Below the pieces are notes generated by a model. It was not told where the DNA came from, did not search any database, and was given only the letters and a program-made list of their open reading frames with translations. The position numbers were made by a program, and so were the translations under genes. This document shows positions 1-12,519 of a stretch of DNA of 52,826 nucleotides, piece after piece; the first letter of the stretch is position 1, and each line of letters opens with the position of its first letter. The DNA is from Perkinsus olseni (Eukaryota): positions 1-52,826 of the forward strand of contig JABANN010000209.1 of assembly GCA_013115125.1 (NCBI GenBank). Reading direction: 5' to 3'.

Positions 1-27
1 CTGGGCGAGCGCGTCACGGACCAATGT

Positions 28-1700
28 TTGCACCACTCTACACTACACAAGTTTCGTGTAGGGTATCAGACAAGGGCTACAGTATCGCATAGTCGAGGAG
101 GCTGCGAGGGAACCTCAAACCTTGCAGTCTCGTCCTTGCGAGAGCGGTACTCGTCCAGTGCTGGCGTAGAGCACCGCAGAATTATAACTTTGCACGTCTC
201 TCGTGACTGGCCAAGTGACAACTGGCCGAATAGGTAGGACCGAGTGAAGAACCGTTGGCGCGCTAACTTCCTCGCTTGTTTCTAGGGACTCCCAAGTAGG
301 GAGTGCGGACCGTCTTCACTCTAACGTTCAACTTTACCATGTGAGTGATAGTAGTACAAGACGCGTGCATGCCAATCTGGCGCGTTTGAATGGCTAGGAG
401 TTCGGCGGCATGTAGTGAGTTGATGGTGGTGTCTTCGAAGATGGACCTGAAAGCCGAGTCTGCCACCGCGTACAGATGCTAATGGCCCTGTGTGAGGCTC
501 TATGGGCCAACTTTTAATATTCATGCAGCTTGTCCTATCGTAAGTGGTTGAAGACAGTGAATACTGAGAGATAGGACGCCACACGACAGCAGCAAGGTGT
601 TGTGCTCCTGTCATCATCCGAACCCGGCATGAGAGATACTGATAGAAGATGCCGATCCTCATGAGTATGGCAGGAAGAACTACTACCACTGGTAGTCTAC
701 AGACCGTGCGTTTTCGATAAGTAAAACAGAAATTTCGTTGGTTCTTCGCTACTAGTCCACGTGTGAGTTTATTTGGAACCCCTGTAGACTCAGAGAACTC
801 ACACTGATTATATATCTGTCCCACACGCGAAACGGCTGATCGATCGTAAATATCTGGGCGCGCGACGAAGTTTCAATCATTTTCACCGTGTTCTTTTTCA
901 CGAGTTTGTGCCTCCACAATCACAGCTCCTAGCCAACTGGCGTGTTACAAGCTCGACTACAATCTGCGATTCAACAGAACCGCAACATGGATCCATCTCC
1001 TTGGATCAACAGACATCTTCAACTCCATAGTAAACTCATCCATGCTTCCGCAGAACGACGCTCCACTCGTATTGTTGCCGTGCAAGAAAGCGTGTTGCTG
1101 ACTCGCTGCCCCCGAGCGTTCTCAACAGCTGCACACACAAGGCCTTCAACTTCACTTCGTTCGCGGAGTCCGCGACGCGGACTTCAGGCTCAGTTGCAGT
1201 CCAAGCGACTCCTCGGTGAGAACCTCGAAGATATCCAAAACGGAGTTGCCAGTGAGAACCCCGTCCACGCTTGTCCGTTGATAATGTAGCAGTTCTATTG
1301 GGCTGGTCATGTTGATAGAGCGATCTGTGTTTGCGAGCTCGCATATCTTCTTACCGAAAGTCGAGATGGGAAGGTGTTCCACGCCCCGCACGAAGGCATC
1401 CTCAACAGCTATTACAGAAGTAGTTGAGTTAAATCGCAGTAGGACGAAGGTGTTCCATTTATTTGGCAGTCTGAAGAACGACCGCAGCATGGACCCGGGT
1501 CCCTCGGTCATAACGAGCCTGCCGTGCATCAGTCCGGCATCCGAGGCAGTGAGCAGCTTTAGTTCGGATATTCCATCAGGGAGATCGTCCTTAGGGGCGG
1601 TGAAGGTGGCAGAGGGAAGCACAGGAGGGGCCGCGCTATCAACGAGGATAGTCGGCAACAGTACGAGAAGCACGAAGGGAGGGAAGGACATAATAAAGCC
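28..1700 (-). mobile_element. Degenerate LTR-retrotransposon pol remnant (RNase H-like and integrase-like fragments)
   Basis: Minus-strand broken ORFs contain 'LLTASDAG' (RNase H-like, 1152-1691) and 'YHSHGKVER' (resembles integrase YHPQSNGxVER, about 321-350). There are many stops and frameshifts. Confidence 0.45.
609..924 (+). mobile_element. Solo-LTR-like element (TGT...ACA, 316 bp) with 5-bp TSD GCTCC
   Basis: Starts TGTCATC and ends CACAATCACA. GCTCC lies at 604-608 and 925-929. Both ends are homologous to the elements at 6525-6641 and 13028-13136. Confidence 0.75.
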
Positions 1701-2386
1701 GCACTGAGCAGGGAGCTCAACTCATGCCGCCAGAAGGCGCTCCTCCTTCGGTGAAACGCCGATCAGCGTAGGCTAAAGTGATCTACACCGATTTCACCTC
1801 AAGTTGATGGAGAGTGATCTCGAGGTGAATGTCCTGTTCCGTGAGTAACAAAGTGCGCTGGTTTTTCGCGCTCGCCATTGTGATCGATTTGGGCGCATCC
1901 TCGTGTCGGGCGGTTTCGGGAAATTGTTGTTGCTTGTTCGTTCCCAGGTCGAACTTCTTGCATCTTCGACAGGGCGCAGGTCCACCGGGAAAAGTCGGCC
2001 GATGTCAATTGAGCAGAGGTCCTCTGCCTCGAGGGAAGCCAATCGGAGGAAGGGCACAGCCCCGGGGACAACGACGAAGTAGTAGCGGTATTGGAGAGTG
2101 AAAAACGATATTATCCATCAGTAGCAGCGACAATACTCTGCAAACTCGCGGTGGGATCTTTCAGATAGGGAGGAGGATTCCGGTGTGTTAGAAGAATGCT
2201 GTGTGATGCTTTGTTAATGGCGCTGACGAAAAAACTAAATTTTCGAAAAAAAATTGCGGAAAAGTGAAATTTGTTTGATGATTGATAGATGAATTTTCGA
2301 CTATGTATTGGTACGGCAAGAACTCTCAACTCGTTACTTGTTGGAGTCCTTGAATACTTAAAGACAGCGGATGAACACTCGGGAGG

Positions 2387-2745
2387 TTGTGGTCGAGAAA
2401 GTAGCATATTTTCAATGACGAACAGCGGATGAACNNNNNNNNNNNNNNNNNNNNNNNNNNNNNNNNNNNNNNNNNNNNNNNNNNNNNNNNNNNNNNNNNN
2501 NNNNNNNNNNNNNNNNNNNNNNNNNNNNNNGAACACTAGGCAGGTTGTGGTCGAGAAAGTAGCATATTTTCAATGACGAACAGCGGATGAACACTAGGCA
2601 GGTCGTGGTCGGGAAAGTAGCATATTTTCAATGACGAACAGCGGATGAACACTAGGCAGGTTGTGGTCGAGAAAGTAGCATATTTTCAATGACGAACAGC
2701 GGATGAACACTAGGCAGGTTGTGCTCGGGAAAGTAGCATATTTTT
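2387..2745. repeat. 58-bp tandem repeat array spanning an N gap
   Basis: Unit GAACACTAGGCAGGTTGTGGTCGAGAAAGTAGCATATTTTCAATGACGAACAGCGGAT starts at 2531, 2589, 2647 and 2705, with one more copy before the gap. Confidence 0.95.
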
Positions 2746-5700
2746 TCTTCACGAGCCGCGGACGATTCAAACGGGCGTGCAGTTGTTGCTGGTATCGTTA
2801 AATGGGTTGTGGTTGTTCAACACCGGAGACCATCGAGGACCTCGTCCATCATCACGCGGCGTCTCCCGTCGACAGACCGAAACAACGGCCACTGGAAGGC
2901 ACTCCCTCCACGGAAGCGGTACTGGCCTGGGGTTGATCGTTATGGAAGCTTCGGTATCATGCAGGGCAAACGGGCGCCACGCGGTAGTGTGCAAGAGCAG
3001 CGGAAGCGTGGTAGTGCTGCAGTGAGTCAAGAGGATCGACGAGAGCCGCCGCCGGGTAGGGATGGATGAGGGGTATTGGGGGTAAATAATTCTCCTTCAG
3101 AGCCCACTAATAAGGCTAAGTTGGAGCTGCTCCATCTAACATCGGAGGACGTGTCTCATCCCGGCGATGACAGTACGCCGGTGGACACTAATAGTACATC
3201 AACTGATGAACAGTATATGGACCTAACGGTAGTACAGAAGTCAGGGACTGCAAGACATAATCGTCAAGTTTGTGTGTTGGTCGATGGTTCCCCTTGTGCT
3301 GTCGTCTCGCCCCGCCTGGTGGATTGCCTTTCTTTTAGCTAAAGTCGCTCGGCACTCGGTGTTCCTTTTTTTCGGAACGCTGGATGACTTCTGCAAATTT
3401 GTCACGTTTTCGAGTGGCCGTCGTCCAGTGTGGACCTGATCATCCTTGTGGCGCGAGAATGATCTTTTTGAGCGGGAATTTTTCCGAGTGAGGTGATTGT
3501 TCGTGTACCAGGTACCAGTGCGGTCGGCCAAAGCGGAGCTGATGGCGATCCCGGCGGCGACGAGCTCAGAATTTTCGTCCGACGTTTACAGTTTGGAATC
3601 CTCGGAAGAAGCGGCTCTGGAGGAAATAGTGCGGCCCCCAAAGAAGGGGTAGTAGGGGATGTTTTACTCGATTGGTTATTGGGGTGCGTATCTTAGGTCG
3701 ACCCTGGCATCGAGCGGAAGGAAAGATACGAGAAGGTAGTTTGTCGGGGTTGGGCATCTTACGTCAGAATTATCGTCGGTCCAGAATAGTTTTCTCTATT
3801 GAGTTTCTCTACTTTTTGGCATTCGCCAGGGCACAACGGAATAGCCGCCGAAATATCCAAGGTTGAAGACGGCATGATACGGATTAGGTCCCTGAACCCA
3901 CATCTTCTGACTGAATCTTGTCTGACATTCGTTGAACTGCAAATACAGTAATGAAAAAGATCCAGCAGGAAAACACGGGGCCAGTATGCCACGCGACAGG
4001 AGCAGGCAGCACTCAGCAGATACTGCCTCAATAGCTCTACTATTCTTCGCTCGGTCTTGCATGTACCATAGTGGCTACCTCATTTCTGCATGTGGTATTT
4101 TCTTCGTTAGAGACTGTATCACCATTCTCAGGCGGCCGTCACCTACCGCTGCCACTAGTGGCGAAGCAGAACGGCACCGGAAGCCGGAGGCAGAGGCAAC
4201 AGTGGACCCGGAGGACGTTGTGTTCGAGGAGAGGTACTGCAGGCTTATCAGGGGTGGGCCCTTTACAGTGTACACCCGAGAGTTGGTAGGAGATAGAGTT
4301 CAAAGGAGGGGCGCGGTTAAGCAGGATTGGGGTGTTGGAAAACTCTGGGGTTGGGAGTTGACTGGGTTGTTCACGCAGGCCTGGGAGTTGTGGCTGGTTG
4401 AAGTCTCTTTGAATCTGAGGTTGATGCGTGACACTTATACGTGTCAAAGATTCCCCTGTTTAGTGATGTCATCATACCCGTTAGAACTGAAGTGGAGGGC
4501 GAAATATCTTGGGATAGTTGCCGAAATTGAAGAAGCTGGGTGCCCCCGATTAGAATACCAATACCACTCTTTCCCCAAATCACATTCTCGTATCAGTTGC
4601 GGGACGCTATTGGCCGCCTCTACGGGTAAAAATGTCCGATTCCGTCGAAACTTTTCCCATCCATAATCGTTGCTGTCGAAATGTGGGGTGACCGTTCTAG
4701 TGACCCTAGTGTTCCCCCTTCAGCGTCCCGTCTTCCCCCGTCCATCGCCGGCCGCCACCAGCCGTCCCCGCCGAACCTGGTCCGGAGAAAATATCTTCTT
4801 CATCGTAGCTGTCGTGTAGAATATCGAAGTACTCTTACCGTTCCTAAGTCGGATGATTCAAACCAAAGTCCGCTGTTATTTTATTATATAAAATTAACCC
4901 CTCCTTCCTGTTTACGTCTCTTGGGTTCTGTCAATGTGGTTTCACAACTCACAAGTCGCCGACAGTAGCAGGCGAGCATGTTCATTCTACCTACAGTTGA
5001 TCGGGCTGTGAGTGCGGCCGCTGTTTGGTCGGTTAGTAGGGCTGATAAACGTTCCGCTTGTGATCGTGGAATCTACCGGGCGTGTGTGATTCAGTTTCCC
5101 GCTCAGACACTGCCACCTGGGCTGTGGGGCCTATCGTACGGCGTCAAAGAGCGTATACGAGATACTCTTCCGCAGAATTCCCTATCCTCTGTTCCGCGGT
5201 CGGGGCTTAGTAGTGCTGTGAACTCGCCAGTATCCGAGGTTGATGCTTTCACTCTGCGCGTATGAAGATCTCAACTTCCAAATCGTTCGGCCGCTGCGCT
5301 TGTCTCCTTTCACTTTAAGCGCGTGGGAGGAGAATCTGCCAAGATCAGGAGCTGGATGCTCTACTACATCGACACAGTCGCCATCTCTGACGCTTCGATC
5401 GGGTCTTCATGTGCTCTCAGAATTGTGAAGGTCACGCTGATCGTCGTCAAGGTGTTATGTAGATGGCCTCACTAGGCGTTTCATAGCCTCTTAACCTGGA
5501 AGGTGTTCAACACGTCAAGCAACCCCGTCGCCGTCACAGATGTTGTCATCATCGTAGTTGATGTTATTTTATAATGATCGGGGTCGCGCAGAAAAGAACA
5601 GATACTTCGCACGGCAACTCGTTGATAGCTCGAAGGGAGTTTAAAAGGCAGCAACAGAAGCATCGGGAAACGATAAGACGAATGCAGCCGAGCATAGGTT

Positions 5701-6260
5701 GGAGCGTATCTTCGACCTTCACGGATAGTGCAAGCATCGACCTTAGATACCAGGCGCCCGGCCGACCATAAGCATCTTACTTTGTACGGCCGAGACTACT
5801 ACGCGAAGAAGCGTAAGCAGCTTCCCTCAGGGGGCGTATCTTAGGAGGTTAAAGCAGGTCAAATAACGGAATCAGCTTACAACGATCTGAAGATGATACA
5901 GAGCATCGCCCAGACTATGACGCGATCTCCGGAGCTTCTGGTGGGTTCGGTGGCATCTGTTGAGCTGCGAGGTGACCTCTCAGGGCTCGGCCAGGAGGCC
6001 GGGGCCTGTCAGTTTGAATCGGGAATACAGGAAACGGGAGCTCTTCAGAATCACACTCGTGAGGGTTTCGAGGACAGCGGGGGAATGGATGCCTGAGTTT
6101 AGGAAAATCACGCGCTGCTGAGTCGATTGGAGCGACTGAGACCATACTACAGCACTGCTAGGCTGGAACGCGATTATCTCCGGCATATGAGGTAGACAGG
6201 AGAAAGAAGGGGGTATTGAAGTTTGGAACTCTCCTCGCCCGGCTACTTGTCGGGTTAGAC

Positions 6261-6680
6261 GTTGGGAATTTCTATTCGGGTGTGTTGGTGTTATCACCCG
6301 ACAATACAGAGTGATACTGATAAGAGCCTGCNNNNNNNNNNNNNNNNNNNNNNNNNNNNNNNNNNNNNNNNNNNNNNNNNNNNNNNNNNNNNNNNNNNNN
6401 NNNNNNNNNNNNNNNNNNNNNNNNNNNNAGGGGACAGGTGTATTGTGTGCTCTCACAATCACAGTAGGTCTTCGTCAAACGTCGACAGTAGTGGACGTTG
6501 GGAATTTCTATTCGGGTGTGTTGGTGTTATCACCCGACAATACAGAGTGATACTGATAAGAGCCTGATCCTTTCTGAATACAGCAGGAGCGAATACTACT
6601 AGCGCTAGGGGACAGGTGTATTGTGTGCTCTCACAATCACAGTAGGTCTTCGTCAAACGTCGACAGTAGTGGACGTTGGG
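6261..6680. repeat. 178-bp tandem duplication around an N gap, containing a short TG...CA element
   Basis: AGGGGACAGG occurs at 6429 and 6607. GTTGGGA occurs at 6261, 6497 and 6675. Confidence 0.85.
6525..6641 (+). mobile_element. Short (117 bp) TGT...ACA element related to 609-924
   Basis: TGTTATCACC...CACAATCACA, flanked by GTTGG and GTAGG (imperfect 5-bp TSD). Shares GATACTGATA and GCAGGA...TACTAC blocks with 609-924. Confidence 0.65.
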
Positions 6681-7691
6681 ACAGCGGCGTCTGTGCATTG
6701 ACGAGGCGCCCCTCTCCCAACGCCCACTCTTCATGGCGATGCACGTCACTCTTCCTCCCTTTGAGAGCCTATCAGGTTGTTATGGTACGCTGCATCAGGT
6801 ACATGGTTCAGTCCAGCGCGCATGCGTACAGCAGAAGCCGCCAACACCATCCCATGGTGGAGAAGATAAAAGCGCGGGAGAAGGCTGCCAGGTAGGAATC
6901 TTTTTACAGTCGAACCTTGTCCGTCATGAGCATGGGTGAACCTTAGATCCTCCGAGATGCGGAGTCGCCCAGGGGTTGATCAACAGACGCGGCGGTCGCT
7001 TGGGGGGAGTAGGTCGTCACCAAGTTTGAGGCAGAACAGTTCTGTGATGAGTGTCGGGGTAAGGCAGCTATATCCTTTTTGAACGATCTTGGGCGACCTC
7101 TTTGAATCTGGCAAGCTCAACCTCTGCAGGAATCTTGTTGTTGCCTCCCAGCTCACACATTTCGGTGTTGGTAAATTATAATTTCGCATACCACATTTCC
7201 CCGAAATACCCTGCTTTGAGATCACCCTGTCAGGTTCCGGTATCAACTACGTCATCCTACTGCTACCTCCCTCCTGATGACCATCCAGCAGCCACGAGGG
7301 ACCTAGCCCGGGTTGTGGTGGCACGAGTATTGGGAGGAGTACTCGGCGCTGCAGAGGCTCTCCGCATCAAGTAGGCTTCCACTCGGCACTGACTAGCAGC
7401 TCATCTCGCGGCCTTCAGGCCCCTCAGCAAGGGTACTCAAGACTTCGACGAGGAGAAGCTGCAGTTCGGGCGGCATCGGGTGAGATGATGGTGTTTTTCG
7501 GTGGTGCAGTTATTCTTGGGCTGAATTATGATATTGAAGAAGCTGACAACACTCTCTCATATGTAACGCCTTAGTGACCAGCGGTGGAGAATCAGTCGGT
7601 TGAAATCAGTAACAAAAGCATAAAACAAAATAAAAATAAATATAGAACAATGGGATTTTTCAACGAAAATATCAGTTTCGCGAATAAAACA

Positions 7692-8030
7692 ATGAAATCG
7701 GTTAACATAGCGGGAAGATATCGCCTGTGCAGTTGGCTGGCCTTCCTTACGGTTGGTCTTCTTCCCTGCTGTCAGGCACCCTCCTCGGTGATCTCGTCCG
7801 TCGATGACAGTAGTGAGGTTGTGGACTATTCAGAAGGGAATGTCGAACACGAAACAGCCAGCAGGACCGTAGAGGATCTCATAGACGCTGCCGCTGATCT
7901 ATTCACGGACATGGATGGTGGGTAACCCGTCTCCTCCCTGCTGTGCGTTGGTGAATCTCATTCGATAGATGATTATTCGGGAGAATTTGATACCGAGGAA
8001 GAGGAAGAAGCGGAAGAGTCGGTGTTGTAG
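7692..8030 (+). CDS. Small acidic, probably secreted protein (2 exons)
   Basis: MKSVNIAGRYRLCSWLAFLTVGLLPCCQA is a signal-like N-terminus. A GT..AG intron lies at about 7922-7969. The last exon reads DYSGEFDTEEEEEAEESVL*. Confidence 0.5.
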
Positions 8031-8490
8031 CTGATCATGGTCATCACCATGTCAAGTTCTTTTATTGTTGTTCGTCTTTGAACCTGTCTTGTGTGGGAAG
8101 TGTCTATGATGATAACAGCAGCAGCGCTATCGGGCAGTAGCTGCTTTCACTTCGAATGGCGATCGTGCCTGCCAAGCATCCTGCTGAAGCCCCTTTCGAA
8201 GAGGCAGAGTGCGTTTCAATTGGGAAAGTCTGCTCAATCTCCTGTGCGTACAGCCACCTTGTGTTCAAAACAGAAATTCGATTTTTACCACCGCCTGAGT
8301 CTAGGCGACCGTCAGAATGAGCTCAGTAGGCTCAGTATCTTGTCGTTGCAACCTCTTCTTCGACGGCCTCGCTGAGAGTATCTTTGGATACTCTGATATA
8401 ACACTATGAACACAAAAAGCTTCACAGACATATACAGCATCATCAGCACACGCATGTGATGAGTTTCAGTGAAGACGATTAGAGTCTCTT

Positions 8491-8946
8491 CTAAGGGCGC
8501 CTATGGGCCACCCGTTCACGTCCCTCATCGAATCGAACTGAGAATCTATCTCGGTCTGGATGGTACTCGACAGTGACCAAAGATATGTTCGGTCTTGAGA
8601 TCAATCCAACGGCCATCAACCGGTCAAGAACGTCGTTCCACTCCAACTTCATATCATCCGTTAAATTCACGAAATCCACCACCGTTGTATTGGGGTGAAA
8701 ATAAAAGTGGGTTCTAGGTGTCTCAACTTTAAGACGACGGTTCCAACTAATCACCTTAATCGTGATCAAGTCACCGCGGAGGCAAGACTGGCAATGCATC
8801 CATATTCCAACGTCATCTGTCTCTTCAGCCGCTGAGGTTTGGTAAGCAGCTGAATATTGCTGTTCCCTGGGAAGAAGGAATCCCAGGTACCCTTCCACTG
8901 TTGCCGCAGTAGCGAGAAGAATCCGAACGATTGATAAGATAGTCAT
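8491..8946 (-). CDS. Uncharacterised secreted protein, family A copy 1 (intronless, about 150 aa)
   Basis: Signal peptide MTILSIVRILLATAATVEG, then YLGFLLP and DFVNLTDD. Clearly paralogous to 12520-12978 and 10234-10750. Confidence 0.75.
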   Translation of the reverse strand: MTILSIVRILLATAATVEGYLGFLLPREQQYSAAYQTSAAEETDDVGIWMHCQSCLRGDLITIKVISWNRRLKVETPRTHFYFHPNTTVVDFVNLTDDMKLEWNDVLDRLMAVGLISRPNISLVTVEYHPDRDRFSVRFDEGRERVAHRRP

Positions 8947-9214
8947 TAAGTCGAAAACAACTAGTCCTGAGCGAAGCGAGTACTTCCTGATATCTTGAAG
9001 AAGCTTGCTCTGTGATGGAAATGAACTTCGAGCGGCTCGAAGTTGGAAATGTGCGCGTGGCGACAGTAACTCGCAAGGGTGCAAGATGATGCTGCCTTGA
9101 CCCTCTAGCGCGGAAAATGATAATCTCAATCAGATTTCCGTGTTAAAGCTACACGGTCGAAGCACTAATTGCAATCGTGAGCGGCCCTGAGGAGAGCTTC
9201 TTGAGAATCTGTCC

Positions 9215-9316
9215 GATTGTGCTGCATCTCAACGCTTCAGAGGGTCCCTCAGTGTTTACATCGGGTTCGAGTCTAACTGAGCCGTTACCGTAGGCGGTGG
9301 ACTATAAACTCACACA
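9215..9316. repeat. Dispersed 102-bp repeat (copy A)
   Basis: Matches 15972-16073 with 9 mismatches in 102 nt by manual count. A partial diverged copy lies at about 13457-13510. Confidence 0.9.
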
Positions 9317-10233
9317 CACACGAGCCGCCCTTGATGAGCTGCGGTTTCTCAATCAGCATCCGCGTACCTACCCAGCTCGGAGAATGACCTTCTCGAGCGC
9401 TAGTTCGAGGCTGGTCGGTCTGGTCTTGAGATCATCTTTGGGGTGAACATGAGTCTCTCATCGCATGTAGTCGGCTTCGTCGTTTGTTGCCAATAAACGG
9501 TGGAGTTGAAATCTTCAATTTAAGAGACTCATTGGGGCAGCAGTAAAGGAGCTCAGGACGAGCTCAATCGACGCGAAGTTGTTGCGAGTGAGGGGGTGAC
9601 CTCCATCTTGCCTCCACGCTTGCGTTCTCAGGCAACTTGCGGCAATTTGGTAAAGTCGGTCCACTATTATTCGTACGCTACTTTTTTGTTGAGAATATGG
9701 TACTGGAATGCAATACGAGCGGATGTAGCTCATAGCGAACGAGACCATAGATCAGACGATAAGTGGTTGAGTATGTGAGTTGAGCAAGTGAAGCTAGCAA
9801 TGTGACAGCAGCATAATGCTGTAAAGCACAGCTCGAGCGTGCTGGCATAGCAAGTACGAGGACCGGAAACCAGACACCACTTTGAAACAGCCCGGACACG
9901 ATCCCTAATGTGACCAGCTACCTCCTGGGAGGCTCTTGCCATATGATACAGGTTATCGTACACCACCCGTAACCATTTTAATCTGAAATTTCGCATCTGA
10001 GAACCCTCTAGGGGAGGAATTCTGCTTAACTTGCAGGACATGTCATCATCAACAGTGGCCACCATTAGTATTACACAAGTTGGGATATAAGGAACTTGCG
10101 AGGCTAACGGTTCGCTGGAGTCCGGGAATGATTTCCCTAGCAGCGCGTTAACCATTGGGAACTCCAGCAGAGAAGAGTGGAATTCGGAGACTCTACCTCC
10201 CTAAAACGACACTGAATAAGTCATCCGTCAGCG

Positions 10234-10750
10234 TCAGGCTGAGCTGAGGTTCCGTAGTTGTGCGCCTGCACACCTACACGGAGGGTCTAGTGGACGGCAG
10301 ACGCACGATCGTCTTTGGTACTGGACTCTGCTCAACGACATGTCCGGCTCCGGGATCAACCCATCATTCGTCAAGTCCTGTAAGAAGCTCGTCAAAGAGC
10401 TGTGCACAGCACCAGTGGTCATGCGCGCTTTCGTCTCGTCAGTCAAGTTAATGAAGTCTATGATTTTGCTTGTATCAAAGAAGTGGAATGGGAGGCCTGG
10501 TGTGTATGCAGTGCGATCCCCGTAGGGTCGCTGCACCCGCATCTTCATGTTATCACCCTCCTGCCCGGAGAAGAAGAACAATTCTACGCCAAGACCATTG
10601 CCAGCCCCTGATTGAACGCCATTGATGGCGTTCTATATGTTGCCCAGTACGCTGTTTCACTTGGGAGTAGGAAGCTGAGGTGGCCCTCAGCCACGGAAGC
10701 GAAAAGATGAACGATTGTGAATGACGATCTAAATGACGATTAAAATGGAA
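10234..10750 (-). pseudogene. Family A secreted protein, frameshifted copy 2
   Basis: 'EGHLSFLLP...YRTP' is in one frame and 'SGQEGDNMKMRV...IDFINLTDE...GLIPEPDMSLSRVQY' is in another. No clear ATG. Confidence 0.7.
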
Positions 10751-12519
10751 ATCACTGACAAATCTGTCGGGGACGGAGGCGACGTAGAATGCCGTATGCA
10801 CTTTGGTAAATTCTCATGTCCCTGAGAATGGGTCGATTGCAAGGCGTATTATGTATTCGTGTATTCCCATCATCGAGAGGGGTTTCGACTTCCGCAATGG
10901 GAATGACAACTTGAGCGGCGCCGCGGAATTGTGCATGGTATGAGCAGGTTAAACAAGGAAGCAAGATGCAACCATCAGAGTGCTCGAAAACTGGAGATCT
11001 CACTGCGTGTTTCCCCACTGCACTCGAGTGTATGCTCGACCACTGGCTAAGAAAATCGGTTAAAATCTTCCTGCAGCGCGAGGTTAAAATTGTACGTACG
11101 TGTGAGTTTCAAGTCCAACGCCGAAGAGGCTCTTCGGAAGAGCGGCTCAGGCAGACTGGCGCATGTGAGGAAATATTGTACACAATTGACTGTGTCGCTT
11201 CATTGTTCTTCGTGTGACTGTCTCCCTTGCTAGCCTAGCTCACGTGTTGATATTGTTACTGTAACTACAGCTCACGAGCCACTGTGGACGAGTCTCGTTG
11301 AGTTATCTAATCAACAGCATCGATGTATCTTTGAAAGAATTGGTTGGAGGCAAGTTCATCAAGCCAAGATTGAAGCGTTCTCTCCCTAGGGAGAAACTAC
11401 GTACATTGTCATGACAGACTATACCAGTATATGTGCTTTTAGTATTGTTAGTAACAATTGTTACTGTCTTTAGTATGAGTCCGGAAAGTTGTGGTATCCA
11501 TAGTAGTGTATTACTCTCTTCTGCTCTCTGATTGCTAAGGCGACTACAATGACAACAATAACAAGCACTGGCACAAATCAAGTGATATACTATTGAAATA
11601 TTTATCAGATAATATCATTAATAATATACCATTTGATATTGGTATCTAATTATGAATCATAATTTATGATTAAGAGGGGGTATTATAACTATTTATATTT
11701 TATTTGGGCACATGGCTATGTTTAATATAATATTATTTTTATGATAAAGGCCTTATTGATAAATATATTAATATGTGCATATACTTCATACCTCGGTGGA
11801 GGCGATTTTTCCCTGCTACAGATCGGTGGCGGAGTGGGTAGGGTCCCACGAAGCCGTTGCATATCAGGTGCCGCGAGCATTCATCAGGAACGCTGACTTA
11901 ATCGCTGTGTTGGCGGGAGTAACTTTTGCCTTTGGCGCCGGCAAGATTCGGGGAAAATGTGGTATACTGTAGTAGGACAGATACGTCACTATGGTGTTGC
12001 TCAGCCAATCTAACGCGAGCGGAAGAGCTCATCAAAAGAGACGTGCACGAGAAATCAAAAGCTTGCGTCAATTGACTCTGATGCCTCCGCCTGCTGCTCG
12101 TTCCAGTCCCATGGTGAGTGATTCCGAAGTTCTTTTCTACTGGCAACCTTCTTCTTCTAGTTTCTTCTTTGCAACATGCATTTTCACCCTCTCCTTACAT
12201 CAGCAATGACTTTCTTCGTGTGTTTTTATAGTCAAGCGCTGGTAATGCCGGCTCAGTTCGACTCTCACCACCGATGTGCTGAGTTCGTATAGGGTTGTTG
12301 ACGCACAAACTATCGATGATGGTCCAGCTAGGGCGGTTCCGGCGTTGGACCATGAAGTCTTACTTACTTTGTCCTCTAGGATTTCCGGAGTCTTCTCGAC
12401 AATCCCCCACTGCTTCAGAACTATCAACCAACTGCTGCACAGCTGGCCAAACAACACACGATGCTAAATCATCATCATCATCATCATCATGATCACGACC
12501 GCAGAGCAAACAGAAATCA

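Larger units (their letters stand above)
2767..7000 (+). mobile_element. Highly degenerate LTR-retrotransposon remnant (protease-like, RNase H-like and integrase zinc-finger-like fragments)
   Basis: 'VCVLVDGSPCAVVS' is retropepsin-like (about 3270). 'TFTDSAS' lies at about 5720 and an H/C-containing segment 'ACVQQKP' at about 6830. No intact ORF. Confidence 0.4.

Noticed and set aside
2387-2745. 58-bp repeats as a CRISPR array
   Set aside because: No variable spacers and no cas genes.
6261-6680. 178-bp duplication as a biological tandem array
   Set aside because: The copies are near-identical and straddle an N gap, so this may be a scaffolding overlap.
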